Shown here one piece after another: positions 1 to 9,248 of a stretch of DNA of 33,161 nucleotides. The position numbers and the translations under genes are program-made. The notes under the pieces are model-generated. The model saw only the letters and a list, made by a program, of their open reading frames with translations. It was not told the origin of the DNA and ran no database searches. Origin of the DNA: Rhodothermales bacterium (lineage in GTDB: Bacteria; Bacteroidota; Rhodothermia; Rhodothermales; VXPQ01); contig JBBDTI010000058.1 in assembly GCA_040904565.1 (NCBI GenBank), positions 29,711 through 62,871 on the forward strand, written 5' to 3'. The stretch's first letter is position 1. Every line of letters starts with the position of its first letter.

Positions 1-11
1 CGCGCCACTCG

Positions 12-1172
12 ATGGCCGTGCGCGTCCCGTCGATTATCGACGACGTGATCGAGCGGAACGCGGATTATCCACCCGAGATATCTGACGCTTTTCGACGACT
101 CCGGGACGAGATCGCGGGCGATGCGCCGCTGCGGCTCTTTGCGCTCCCGTCGCCGGACTTCGATCTCTGGCGGCCCCGGTTCGCCGTCCATACGGATGAG
201 TCCTGGCTCGACGCGGAATGGTTTTTTGCGGAAATGCTGGCCTACCGCCTGATGATGGAGGCGGGACGGTACTGGTCGACGCTCCGCGACCCGTTCGCGC
301 CCTTCAAGCGGGAGGAGCTGTCGTCCGAGGCCCTGTGGTCGCTGCTCGGCGAGGCGCTCGCGCTCGAGGGTCCGATCGAGGAACGCATCTACCGGATGTT
401 GCTGCTGAATCTGTGGGGTAACCGTATCGATCTGAGCCTGTCGAACGTGGCCGCAAAGGGTACGGGCGCCTCGCAGGAGCACCTGCTCGCCGACCATGCT
501 TCCCTCGCTGCGCGGCACCTGACGGGTGATCGGGGCGATGGCCCGGCGGGTGCTGCCGCGCGTGCATCCGGGATCCGCGAGCCGGGGACCGTGCACGTCA
601 TCATGGACAATGCGGGCACGGAGGAAGCCATGGACCTCGTCCTGGCGGACCTCCTGCTCCGTGAAGACCTCGCGGTGAACGTGGTTATGCACGTCAAGCA
701 GCTCCCCGTTCTGGTGAGCGACGTCATCACGGCGGACGTGCACGAGATGGTGGAGGCCATGAAGGCTCGAGGCGGCGAGGCGAGGCGTCTGGCCGGCCGG
801 CTCGATGGCTACCTGGAGTCCGGACGGCTGCGCCTCGTTCCCGATGCGTTCTGGAATACGGACGGGCGCCTGTGGGAGCTGCCGGCGCGTCTGGCCGATG
901 CGTTCGAGGGCGCGAGCCTCGTCATCGGGAAGGGTGATGTCAACTATCGGCGGGCTACCAACGACGCGCTCTGGCCGCTCGAGACGACACTGAAGGAAGC
1001 GGTAGGGACCTTCCCGGCACCGCTGCTGCTGCTGCGTACATTGAAGAGCGACACGCTCGTCGAGGTGGCTCCGGATCGCGCCGCGGCACTGGAGGCGGAC
1101 GAGCCGGACTGGCGCACGAACGGCTCGTACGGGGTGATCCAGTACGCATTCGGGCCGCCTGTCATTCGTTAA
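12..1172 (+). CDS. ARMT1/DUF89-family damage-control phosphatase (probably 5'-truncated by the window edge)
   Basis: Motifs WFFAE..YR, LWGNRIDLS, DNAGTE..MD, KGDVNYRR and RTLKSD match DUF89/ARMT1-like proteins. The frame is open upstream of ATG 12 to the window edge. Confidence 0.85.
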   Translation: MAVRVPSIIDDVIERNADYPPEISDAFRRLRDEIAGDAPLRLFALPSPDFDLWRPRFAVHTDESWLDAEWFFAEMLAYRLMMEAGRYWSTLRDPFAPFKREELSSEALWSLLGEALALEGPIEERIYRMLLLNLWGNRIDLSLSNVAAKGTGASQEHLLADHASLAARHLTGDRGDGPAGAAARASGIREPGTVHVIMDNAGTEEAMDLVLADLLLREDLAVNVVMHVKQLPVLVSDVITADVHEMVEAMKARGGEARRLAGRLDGYLESGRLRLVPDAFWNTDGRLWELPARLADAFEGASLVIGKGDVNYRRATNDALWPLETTLKEAVGTFPAPLLLLRTLKSDTLVEVAPDRAAALEADEPDWRTNGSYGVIQYAFGPPVIR

Positions 1173-1220
1173 GGCGGATTCGTATGCTGCTTGTGATTGC
1201 ACGTCTTATTATGGTGAAGG

Positions 1221-1303
1221 GCGTGTGTCGGGGTCGGCATGCGCGTGTCGGGAGGTAGCATGCGCATGTCGAGACGCGGAGTGTGAACATCGGGAGGTGA
1301 GAC
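1221..1303 (+). repeat. Degenerate ~21-bp tandem repeat, 3-4 units
   Basis: Units gcgtgtgtcggggtcggcat / gcgcgtgtcgggaggtagcat / gcgcatgtcgagacgcggagt / gtgaacatcgggaggtgagac. The last unit holds GGAGGT (1293-1298), 5 nt before GTG 1304. Confidence 0.55.
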
Positions 1304-3220
1304 GTGAGAACGCGCTTACGAAGCTCGACGGCGGGGCTGTCGGCCTCTCTGCCGCGGGCGTGTCAGCTCTCGGCCATTGTATTGACGGTTTATATGCTGT
1401 CGGCCTGCGTTTCGGAGCGACGGGACCGAACGCCGGATGCGTATACCGAATGGGCGTCGTACCGCGGCGACCGGGCCGTCACCGGGTATTCCGCACTGGA
1501 TCAGATCGACCGCGACAACGTCTCGCGCCTCGAAGTGGCGTGGGTCTACGAGACGGGCGACGAGCGCCTGAGTACGATCGAATGCAATCCGATCGTGATC
1601 GGTGAGACCCTGTTTCTTACGACGCCGATGCTGCGCGTCGTGGCGCTGAATGCGGCGAGCGGCCGCGAGATCTGGTCGTTCGATCCCTTCGAACGGCTGG
1701 AAGCAGAAGCCCGCGGCGTCAATCGCGGCGTCGTGTACTGGGACGACGGAGAGGACGGGAGAATCTATTCGTCAGCGGACAATGTTCTCTTCGCCGTCGA
1801 TGCAGGGACCGGTGCGCTCGAGACAGGCTTCGGAGTGGACGGATTCGTAGATCTGCGGGAAGGCCTCGGCAGACCGCCGGAGTCGCTACGCGTCGCCGCT
1901 ACGTCACCCGGCGTCGTCTATGAAGATCTGCTCGTGATGGGATCCTCCGTGGGGGAGGGGCCCGGCCCGTCGGCGCCCGGACACATTCGCGCCTTCGATC
2001 TGATGACGGGCGAGATCCGGTGGACCTTCCACACGATCCCGCATCCGGGCGAGTTCGGCTACGATACCTGGCCCGAGGACGCGTGGATGCGTACCGGTGG
2101 AGCCAATTCCTGGGCGGGACTGAGTCTGGACGTCGAGCGCGGCATCGTGTTCGCCTCAACCGGCTCGGCCGCGTACGATCATTTCGGCGGCGACCGGCAC
2201 GGCGATAACCTGTTCGCGAATTCCGTCGTCGCGCTGGACGCTGCCACCGGCGAGCGCCGCTGGCATTTCCAGGCCGTACGTCACGACGTGTGGGATTACG
2301 ACCTCGCCACGTCGCCGAATCTGGTCACCGTTAGGCGCGAGGGTCTACCTATCGACGCCGTCGCGCAGCCGACGAAGGTCGGGCACCTCTTCGTGCTGGA
2401 TCGTGAGACGGGCGAGCCGCTCTATCCGATCGAGGAGCAGGCGGTCCCGTCCAGCACGCTCGATGGGGAGAAGCTCTCGCCGACACAGCCGTTCTCGTCG
2501 ATCGTCTACGCGCAGCAGGGGTTCGGCGAGGCGAACCGCAACACCTTGACGCCCGAGTCCGACGCGTTTTCGAAACAGCTGATCGAGGAGTACGGCGAGG
2601 CGGGTCTGTTCCCGGCGCCGAGCCGCGAGGGCGACGTCATCCTTCCGCAGTTCAACGGCGGCACGGACTGGGGCGGCGCGTCGTACGATCCATCCACGGA
2701 CATGCTGTACGTGAATGCTTCGAACGAGGCGGAATTTCTGCAGATGTTTGAAGCGTCTGAGACGGACGAACACGATCACCCGTTTATCGACGGCGGACAT
2801 CAGCCCCTGCGCGGCCCGGACGGATATCCCGTCAACCAGCCACCCTGGGGTACGCTCACGGCAATCGATCTGAGCGAGGGACGCATCGACTGGCAGGTTC
2901 CCCTTGGGACGTACCTCGAACTCGAGGAAGAGGGGCTTTCTCCGACGGGCACGTTCAATATGGGCGGTTCGGTCGTGACGGCGGGTGGACTCGTCTTCAT
3001 CGCTGCAGCCATGGACGAGCGGATTCGCGCCTTCGATAAGACGACGGGCGAGCTTCTCTGGCAGGCCGATCTGCCGGCCGGAGGCTATGCGACGCCCGCC
3101 ACGTACGCGGTCGACGGCGTGCAGTATCTTGTCGTCGCCGCGGGCGGCGGCGGGAAACCCGGCACGCAGTCCGGTGACAGCTACGTGGCCTTCGCCCTAC
3201 CTGAATCAGAACGAAACTGA
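1304..3220 (+). CDS. PQQ-dependent (quinoprotein) sugar dehydrogenase, glucose/quinate/shikimate-DH-like; probable lipoprotein
   Basis: PQQ beta-propeller Trp-docking repeats (VALNAASGREIWSF, RAFDLMTGEIRWTF, VALDAATGERRWHF, RAFDKTTGELLWQ) plus HDVWDYD, GGTDWGG, PPWGTL and GGYATPATY. Lipobox-like LSAC; SD GGAGGT upstream. Confidence 0.88.
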   Translation: MRTRLRSSTAGLSASLPRACQLSAIVLTVYMLSACVSERRDRTPDAYTEWASYRGDRAVTGYSALDQIDRDNVSRLEVAWVYETGDERLSTIECNPIVIGETLFLTTPMLRVVALNAASGREIWSFDPFERLEAEARGVNRGVVYWDDGEDGRIYSSADNVLFAVDAGTGALETGFGVDGFVDLREGLGRPPESLRVAATSPGVVYEDLLVMGSSVGEGPGPSAPGHIRAFDLMTGEIRWTFHTIPHPGEFGYDTWPEDAWMRTGGANSWAGLSLDVERGIVFASTGSAAYDHFGGDRHGDNLFANSVVALDAATGERRWHFQAVRHDVWDYDLATSPNLVTVRREGLPIDAVAQPTKVGHLFVLDRETGEPLYPIEEQAVPSSTLDGEKLSPTQPFSSIVYAQQGFGEANRNTLTPESDAFSKQLIEEYGEAGLFPAPSREGDVILPQFNGGTDWGGASYDPSTDMLYVNASNEAEFLQMFEASETDEHDHPFIDGGHQPLRGPDGYPVNQPPWGTLTAIDLSEGRIDWQVPLGTYLELEEEGLSPTGTFNMGGSVVTAGGLVFIAAAMDERIRAFDKTTGELLWQADLPAGGYATPATYAVDGVQYLVVAAGGGGKPGTQSGDSYVAFALPESERN

Positions 3221-3224
3221 CGTG

Positions 3225-4601
3225 ATGAACCTCATGCGCTTCGCCCTTCTCGCTCTGATCTTGTGGATGGTCCCGGCTTCTGCCTTCGCTCAGGCGCCGC
3301 CGAACGTCGTCGTGTTCGTCGCGGACGACGCGGGATGGCGCGATTTCCGGGCGTACGGGAGTGATGTGGTCCGGACCCCGAACATCGATGCCCTGGCCGA
3401 GGAAGGTCTTCGCGTCGAACGGGCCTTCCTCACCATCGCGCAGTGCAGCCCGTCCCGCATCAGCATCCTGACGGGGAAATACCCGCACGCCACCGGCGCG
3501 GAAGATCTCCACATGCCGCTGCCGGAGGGCGAGCGGCTCCTGCCGAGCTACCTGGCCGAACGCGGCTATTTTAGCGGCATCATGAACAAACGTCACCTGG
3601 GCCCTAACGGCGACCGGCAATTCGACTGGATCTCCGAAAACCTCTCGGCGGATGTTCCGGCGTTTCTGGACGAAGCGGGCGACCGTCCCTTCTTTCTGTG
3701 GGTCGGCTTTACGGACCCGCACCGTCCCTACGACAGCGCGCCCGCCGTCCACGATCCATCCGAGGTAAACGTGCCGCCGTACCTGATCGACGAACCCGAG
3801 ACGCGGGCGGATCTCGCCCGCTATTACGACGAGATCCACCGGATGGACGGGCAGATCGGGCGGTTCGTGGACGTCCTCGAGGAGCGCGGCCTGCGGGAGC
3901 ACACCCTCGTCATCTTTCTCTCCGACAACGGGATGCCGTTCCCCGGCGCCAAGGGCACGGTCTACGACGAAGGCATCCGCACGCCCCTCATCTTCACGTG
4001 GCCGGGCCGGATCGAAGCCGGGACGACCTACGGCGGGCTCGTGAGCGTCGTGGATCTCGCCCCCACGATCCTGGAGATCGCGGGCATGGAGACACCCACG
4101 GAAATGCAGGGAAGCAGCATCGCGCCCATCCTGGAGGATCGGGACGTGGAGGGGCGCACGTACGTCTTCAGCGAGCGCAACTGGCACAACTGCGACGAGC
4201 ACATCCGCGGCGTGCGGTCCGAGCGCTTCAAGTTCGTCCGCAATGCGTACACCGAGCTGCCGCACGGAACCCCTGCCGACGCGAGTACGAGTCCGACCTG
4301 GTACGCCCTGAAGGACGCGCAGCGCGCCGGCACGTTGACGGCGGAGCAGGCGCGGATCTTCGCCGCACCGCGGCCCGCCGTCGAGCTCTACGACCTGGAG
4401 AACGATCCCTGGGAGATGGTTAACCTCGCCGGGCGGGCCGAGTATGAGGACGTCGCCCGCGAGCTGGCCGACGTCCTCGACGAATGGATACGTGCGACGG
4501 ATGACTTCCCGCCGTCCGAGCGCAGGCGGCTCGACAATACGGACCGCGTTACGGGCGTGAAGTTCACGATGGAGAATCCGCCGTTCACAGACCGACACTG
4601 A
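3225..4601 (+). CDS. Secreted Cys-type S1 sulfatase (N-sulfoglucosamine sulfohydrolase-like)
   Basis: Start reassigned to ATG 3225, just after the upstream stop. Signal peptide ends ASAFA-Q. Motifs PNVVVFVADD, CSPSR (CxPxR), SILTGKYPH, SDNG.PFPGAK and ELYDL..DPWE..NLA. Confidence 0.92.
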   Translation: MNLMRFALLALILWMVPASAFAQAPPNVVVFVADDAGWRDFRAYGSDVVRTPNIDALAEEGLRVERAFLTIAQCSPSRISILTGKYPHATGAEDLHMPLPEGERLLPSYLAERGYFSGIMNKRHLGPNGDRQFDWISENLSADVPAFLDEAGDRPFFLWVGFTDPHRPYDSAPAVHDPSEVNVPPYLIDEPETRADLARYYDEIHRMDGQIGRFVDVLEERGLREHTLVIFLSDNGMPFPGAKGTVYDEGIRTPLIFTWPGRIEAGTTYGGLVSVVDLAPTILEIAGMETPTEMQGSSIAPILEDRDVEGRTYVFSERNWHNCDEHIRGVRSERFKFVRNAYTELPHGTPADASTSPTWYALKDAQRAGTLTAEQARIFAAPRPAVELYDLENDPWEMVNLAGRAEYEDVARELADVLDEWIRATDDFPPSERRRLDNTDRVTGVKFTMENPPFTDRH

Positions 4602-4611
4602 AAAAGATATC

Positions 4612-5889
4612 ATGACATCCCGACGATCATTTCTTTCCAGGTCTGCCAGCGCGATGGCGGCTGCCGCCGCGGGTCCGGCCGTGCTGCCTGGAGGGTGGCC
4701 GCAAACCGCTGCCGAGCAAAGGGGCGCCCTGCCAGACGAGATCGTCGAGGCGCTCAACCGGCCCGTTCTCAGGCGCGAGCTCTTTCCGGATCCCGTCGTC
4801 ATCGAGTCGCTCGAGCTGCTTCGGAACGGCCAGTATTACATCGTGCGCGCTCGATCGACGGACGGGGCCGAGGGCTACGCGGTCAGCAATGAAGACAAGA
4901 TGTATGTGCTCTGGCCGATCTTCGTAGACCATCTCACGAACTTCTTCAAGGGGAAGGACGCCCGCGACCTCGATGCACTGGTGCAGCAGGCGTTCATCGA
5001 CCGCAGCTACTACAAGTTTCAGAGCCTGGCGATCTGGGTGCCGATCGCCTCGGCGGAGTTTGCGATTCTGGATCTGCTCGGACAGGTGAGCGGCCGGCCC
5101 GTCGGCGAGCTGCTGGGAGATGTCATCCGGGATGAAGTGGCACTCTACCGGGCGAATAATTTTCGCGGCCGCACGGCCGAGGAGTCGGTCCGTCTGATCA
5201 AGGAACGCTACGAGCGCGAACGCCCGCCGGCGGTGAAGTTCAAGGTAGCCGGACGCATGAGCGAGCCGGAGACGCCTCCCGGTCGCTCGGAAAGGATGAT
5301 CCCCATGCTGCGTGAAGCTCTGGGCGACGACGTCGTTATGTACGCCGACGCCAACGGCGGCTATGACGTCGAGGAGGCGATTCGTATAGGCAGGATGCTG
5401 GAAGACATCGACGCCGGCTTCTTCGAAGAGCCGTGTCCGTTCGACGACCTGTGGGCTACCAAAGAAGTGGCCGATGCGTTGGAGATCCCGGTGGCCGGCG
5501 GCGAGCAGGAAGACTCCATGCGGCGGTTCAGGTGGATGGCCGAGAACGACGGCGTCCAGGTATTTCAGCCCGACCTGTTCTATTACGGCGGACTCATTCG
5601 TTCTATCAAGGTCGCACGGATGGCCGAGGCCGTCGGGCGGCCATGTACGCCGCATATTTCGGGGGCCGGGCTCGGCATGCTCTACGTCCTCCATTACACG
5701 GCCGTCGTACCGAATGCCGGGCCGCATCAGGAATACAAGGGGCCGAATCGCGATATTCCGTTCGAGGCGCCACCCGGAGACCTGGCCGCCGTGAACGGCG
5801 TGATCCAGGTGCCGACCGGCCCAGGCCTCGGCGTGAAGATCGATCCGGATTGGTTGGCCGGGAGCGAGGTCTTGAGCACCCTTCCGTAG
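4612..5889 (+). CDS. Mandelate racemase/muconate lactonizing enzyme (enolase superfamily), probable acid-sugar dehydratase, with Tat signal
   Basis: N-terminal TSRRSFL twin-arginine motif. KFK (KxK), metal ligands in YADAN, FEEP and GGEQ, and QPD...TPH as in the MR-subgroup His-Asp dyad. C-terminal PTGPGLGV. Confidence 0.88.
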   Translation: MTSRRSFLSRSASAMAAAAAGPAVLPGGWPQTAAEQRGALPDEIVEALNRPVLRRELFPDPVVIESLELLRNGQYYIVRARSTDGAEGYAVSNEDKMYVLWPIFVDHLTNFFKGKDARDLDALVQQAFIDRSYYKFQSLAIWVPIASAEFAILDLLGQVSGRPVGELLGDVIRDEVALYRANNFRGRTAEESVRLIKERYERERPPAVKFKVAGRMSEPETPPGRSERMIPMLREALGDDVVMYADANGGYDVEEAIRIGRMLEDIDAGFFEEPCPFDDLWATKEVADALEIPVAGGEQEDSMRRFRWMAENDGVQVFQPDLFYYGGLIRSIKVARMAEAVGRPCTPHISGAGLGMLYVLHYTAVVPNAGPHQEYKGPNRDIPFEAPPGDLAAVNGVIQVPTGPGLGVKIDPDWLAGSEVLSTLP

Positions 5890-5910
5890 GCTGTTCGATG
5901 TGAAACTCGC

Positions 5911-7329
5911 TCAGGGCGCCCCGTCGAACGGCCAATCTCCGGGGGCCGGGAAGTCCTGCGAAGCGTCGTCGACAACCAGCACCCAGTCATTGCCCCGCGC
6001 TCCTTCACCGGGTGGGTTGAACCGTACCGATCCCTTCTCGCCGAACCTGCCGATCTTGGCAGCGGCGCCGGTGCGAGGGTCGTACCACCACGCACGTGCA
6101 TCAGCGCCTGACAGCCCGGAAAGGTCGACTTCGAAGGGCCAGCCGTACGGCGTATACGCGATCAGGTAGCGCCCCTGCTCGTCGCGTGCGGCGCGGACGT
6201 GGCGGGCGCCGTCGGACGTCTGGGCGACGACGGACTGATCCGGCACGAGCGTCAGAAACGGGCGCGACAGGAACAGCTCCTTCATGAAGCCGACGTGGGC
6301 CGCGCCCGGATGCGTCAGGGCTTCGCTCCACGGCGTCCGCGCCGACGAGATCGGTTTCCGTCCCGGCTCCCACATCTGCCAGATGTTGTGGTTACCGTAG
6401 GTGTGTCCGGCCGCGCCCGCGAGAACCGACCAGTAGCCCGCCTGGCGCACGTCGAAGGCGTCGTACCATCCGCGCTCCGGGTCCCAGTTGATCGGATGGT
6501 CCTCGTAGCGCGGCTCGCCGTCGAGCACGGGCTTGACGGGCTCCAGGTCGTAGCCGGCGGCGGTGACCTCGTAATTCGGGTTGTCGGGTTCGCCGTGACC
6601 GGACTGGTAGAAGTTGAAGTCGAGCCACGAGTCCTCGTGGAACCACTCCCACGACTGCCGCCCGCCCGAGGGATGATACGTCATAAGCTGCGAGTCGCCG
6701 TGGCCGGATGCGATGCCCTCGGCCATGGCCCGAATGATCGCGAGATCTTCGTCGTCGCCCGGAATGCGGTCGCCGCCCAGGATCCAGATGACAGGGTCGT
6801 CGGCATAGCGCTCGCCGAGAAAGGTGCCGTAGGCGCGGGCGTTCTCCGGCGTGAACACCTCCGGACCCATGCCCCACATGAGGTTAAACTTGTCGCCCCA
6901 CGTCGGGAGCATGCCGACGAACATGCCGAGCGCTTCCGCCTTGTCGACGATGTAGTCGACGTGCTCGAAGTAGGCTTCGTCGGGTCGGCTCGGGTCGTCG
7001 ATCAGCGGCGTGTGGCCGTAGGGGTTCGGCGTGTGGAGTCCGTCCAGTTCGGCCAGCACGACGGCCTGGATCACGTTAAAGCCTTTGCGGGCCCGGTCCT
7101 CGAGGTAGCGGTCCGCCTCCTCGCGGTCGAGGCGGTGGAAGAGCTCCCAGGCCGTGTCGCCGAGCCAGAAGAACGGCTCGCCTTCGTTCGTCACGATTCG
7201 ACGGCCGTCTTCCGATACGGCGAGCGTGCCCTGCGCCTGCGCTGCGCCCATCCACCCGAAACAGAAAAGAGCCAGGGCGAGCCGGAGGGACCGGACGGGA
7301 AAAGTCTCGTGCTGTGGACGGGTTGTCAT
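5911..7329 (-). CDS. DUF4038 / glycoside hydrolase family 140 (apiosidase-like) with C-terminal putative collagen-binding domain
   Basis: Motifs PFFWLGDTAWELFHRL, KGFNVIQAV, LPTWGDK, WILGGD, QSGH, KPVLDGEPRYEDHP, GHTYG, WYDPRTG and NDWVLV. Signal peptide ends AQA. ATG 7329 preferred over TTG 7344. Confidence 0.85.
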   Translation of the reverse strand: MTTRPQHETFPVRSLRLALALFCFGWMGAAQAQGTLAVSEDGRRIVTNEGEPFFWLGDTAWELFHRLDREEADRYLEDRARKGFNVIQAVVLAELDGLHTPNPYGHTPLIDDPSRPDEAYFEHVDYIVDKAEALGMFVGMLPTWGDKFNLMWGMGPEVFTPENARAYGTFLGERYADDPVIWILGGDRIPGDDEDLAIIRAMAEGIASGHGDSQLMTYHPSGGRQSWEWFHEDSWLDFNFYQSGHGEPDNPNYEVTAAGYDLEPVKPVLDGEPRYEDHPINWDPERGWYDAFDVRQAGYWSVLAGAAGHTYGNHNIWQMWEPGRKPISSARTPWSEALTHPGAAHVGFMKELFLSRPFLTLVPDQSVVAQTSDGARHVRAARDEQGRYLIAYTPYGWPFEVDLSGLSGADARAWWYDPRTGAAAKIGRFGEKGSVRFNPPGEGARGNDWVLVVDDASQDFPAPGDWPFDGAP

Positions 7330-7358
7330 GGTGCGTCCTTCCAATTATTGTGGGATGC

Positions 7359-9029
7359 TTATCGGGCGTCGGCCCGCTCGAATGTAGACCTGACCTCCGC
7401 GCTCGGTGCATACCCGATTCGGTGCGCGATAGCCGACAGCGACGATCCCGCGGGCACGAAGACGGGACGCTCGTACACGTTCCAGGTCTCGTCGGAGCCG
7501 ATTCGATAGCCGATCGAGGCACCGTCCGTCGAAGACGACAGCCTCACGATGACGCCGCCCCGGGCAGGCGCGGCGTGGATCTCCGGATCCCGCGTGACGG
7601 GCTGCTCACCATACGGCGGATAGAGCATGTTCTTCAGCACCGGCTCCGGAATGAGTCCCATGTCGTCGATTTCGTCAAACCAGCGCTCCTGCTCGGCACG
7701 CAGCTCCAGGAGCTTGTCTCGATAGCGTGGATCGTCGGCCAGGTTGTTGATCTCGTGCGGGTCTTCCCGGGTGTCGTAGAGCTCCTGCAGCGGCTTGGTC
7801 TGCCGCAGCAGCTGCCAGTGACGCGTGTTGTCCAGGCCGCCCTCCCGAGCGAGCCGGTGAATCTCCTGCATCAGCGGCATCTGGTCGCGGTACGGGAGGA
7901 ACTGGATGTAGGGCCGCTCCGGCCGGTAATTTCGGATGTATTTGAAGCGGGCGTCACGGACGGCACGCCGGGTGTCCATGGCCGGATCCATGCGGTCCCG
8001 CGCGGCGTGGACGTAGCGGCGCTCTTCAGCTTCGGCCGGACCGAGAAAGGCCCGACCCTGGAGGTATTCGGGAATCGGAATGTTGGCGAGCGATAGCACG
8101 GTGGGCGCAAAATCGATGAAGCTGACGAGCCGGTCCTCCACCATGCCGGCCCGGTCCTGATGGGGGAAACGGACGATGAGGGGAACGTGGAGTCCGGAGT
8201 CGTAGACCCACCGTTTCGCACGCGGAAGGCCCGAACCGTGATCGCTGAAGTAGAAAATAATCGTCTCGTCGAGCAGGCCGTCATCCTCCAGTTCCTGGAG
8301 AACGCGGCCGACCATCGTATCCATCCGCGCGATGTTGTCGTAGTTGATGGCGATGTCTCGTCGTACGATCGGCGTGTCGGGATAGTACGGCGGCACCTGG
8401 ACCTCGTCCGGATCGGTCACCAGCGGCCGGTCGCTCTGGCCCCAGACCTGCGACTCGTGCGTGATGGTAAAGTTGACGACGGAGAAGAAAGGCATGTCCG
8501 GATCGGGCCGGTTGCGCCAGTGGGCATCCGGACTCGATTCGTCCCACACCGTAACCGGGGCGTTGAACTGGTAATCCTGTTTGGAATTGTTGGTCGTGTA
8601 GTATCCGTGGCGTCGGAGCAGTTCAGGAAAGAGGCGAAGCTCCGGGGGCGGTACGGCTTCGTACGTGGGAATCGCAAGGAGCTCGGGATCCGTCACCTCG
8701 TCGATCGAAGACGTGCGCGTCATCGTGCGCATGTGGTGCCCGCCGTACGAGCTGGGATACCGCCCCGTGATCAAGGCGGACCGGTTCGGGGCACAGACGC
8801 CGTAGACGCCGAAGGCGTGTGTGTAGCGGACTCCCTGCTCGGCCAGCCGATCGACGTGCGGCGTGCGGGCAACCGGGTCCCCATAGGCACCCAGCTGGGC
8901 GCTCATGTCTTCCGTCGTGATCCAGAGGATGTTCGGATGGACCGGTGCCTGCTGCGATGATGCCGCGCCGGGAAAGCAAGTGGCGAAAAGAAGGAGCGCG
9001 GCGAGCAGGTAGGCGAATCGAGTGTGCAT
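7359..9029 (-). CDS. Secreted Cys-type S1 sulfatase with C-terminal Fn3/chitobiase-like extension
   Basis: Motifs PNILWITTEDMS, CAPNR (CxPxR), SALITG.YP, SDHG.GLPRAKRWVYDSG and ELYD..EDPHEINNLA. C-terminal T.GASIGY...W..Y..P segment is typical of Fn3-associated tails. Confidence 0.9.
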   Translation of the reverse strand: MHTRFAYLLAALLLFATCFPGAASSQQAPVHPNILWITTEDMSAQLGAYGDPVARTPHVDRLAEQGVRYTHAFGVYGVCAPNRSALITGRYPSSYGGHHMRTMTRTSSIDEVTDPELLAIPTYEAVPPPELRLFPELLRRHGYYTTNNSKQDYQFNAPVTVWDESSPDAHWRNRPDPDMPFFSVVNFTITHESQVWGQSDRPLVTDPDEVQVPPYYPDTPIVRRDIAINYDNIARMDTMVGRVLQELEDDGLLDETIIFYFSDHGSGLPRAKRWVYDSGLHVPLIVRFPHQDRAGMVEDRLVSFIDFAPTVLSLANIPIPEYLQGRAFLGPAEAEERRYVHAARDRMDPAMDTRRAVRDARFKYIRNYRPERPYIQFLPYRDQMPLMQEIHRLAREGGLDNTRHWQLLRQTKPLQELYDTREDPHEINNLADDPRYRDKLLELRAEQERWFDEIDDMGLIPEPVLKNMLYPPYGEQPVTRDPEIHAAPARGGVIVRLSSSTDGASIGYRIGSDETWNVYERPVFVPAGSSLSAIAHRIGYAPSAEVRSTFERADAR

Positions 9030-9248
9030 GTGCTTGTGGAACGTGTATCCCGAGAACGGTTGCGCGGCTCGTCGTAAAGTAAGGAAGGATGCATCGATGT
9101 TTGGAACGTGAAGATTGTGTGGGGAAGACTGTATATTGCGACCGGCGATTTCCCCGGCTGGCCCACGTGCGGCATTGTGTACGGGGCGCCGCGCGTACCT
9201 GCATCAGTATTCCATGGGCCTACATCCCCCTTTACGTTTCTCATTCCG

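Noticed and set aside
1225-1605. 126-aa ORF with ACACREV-like Cys repeats (possible metal-binding or RiPP precursor)
   Set aside because: The peptide repeats are just the translation of the 21-bp DNA repeat. The rest overlaps the PQQ dehydrogenase out of frame and no modifying enzymes are nearby.
2985-3224. Long N-terminal extensions given by the ORF track (2985, 9108, 13083, 21910, 25257)
   Set aside because: They overlap upstream genes or precede the evident signal peptide or paralog-matched start; downstream starts were used instead.
2997-4802. 601-aa minus-strand ORF, and similar long antisense ORFs (6199-7509, 9204-10742, 11818-13302, 13281-14651, 17368-19524, 23494-24852, 25503-26825)
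   Set aside because: Each lies opposite a motif-supported gene, has Arg-rich composition with no family motifs, and is expected from GC-rich codon bias.
9030-9248. Riboswitch or ncRNA in the divergent sulfatase/gntP intergenic region (TGGAACGTG occurs twice)
   Set aside because: No recognisable aptamer consensus or convincing stem structure by eye; an Rfam/Infernal scan would be needed.
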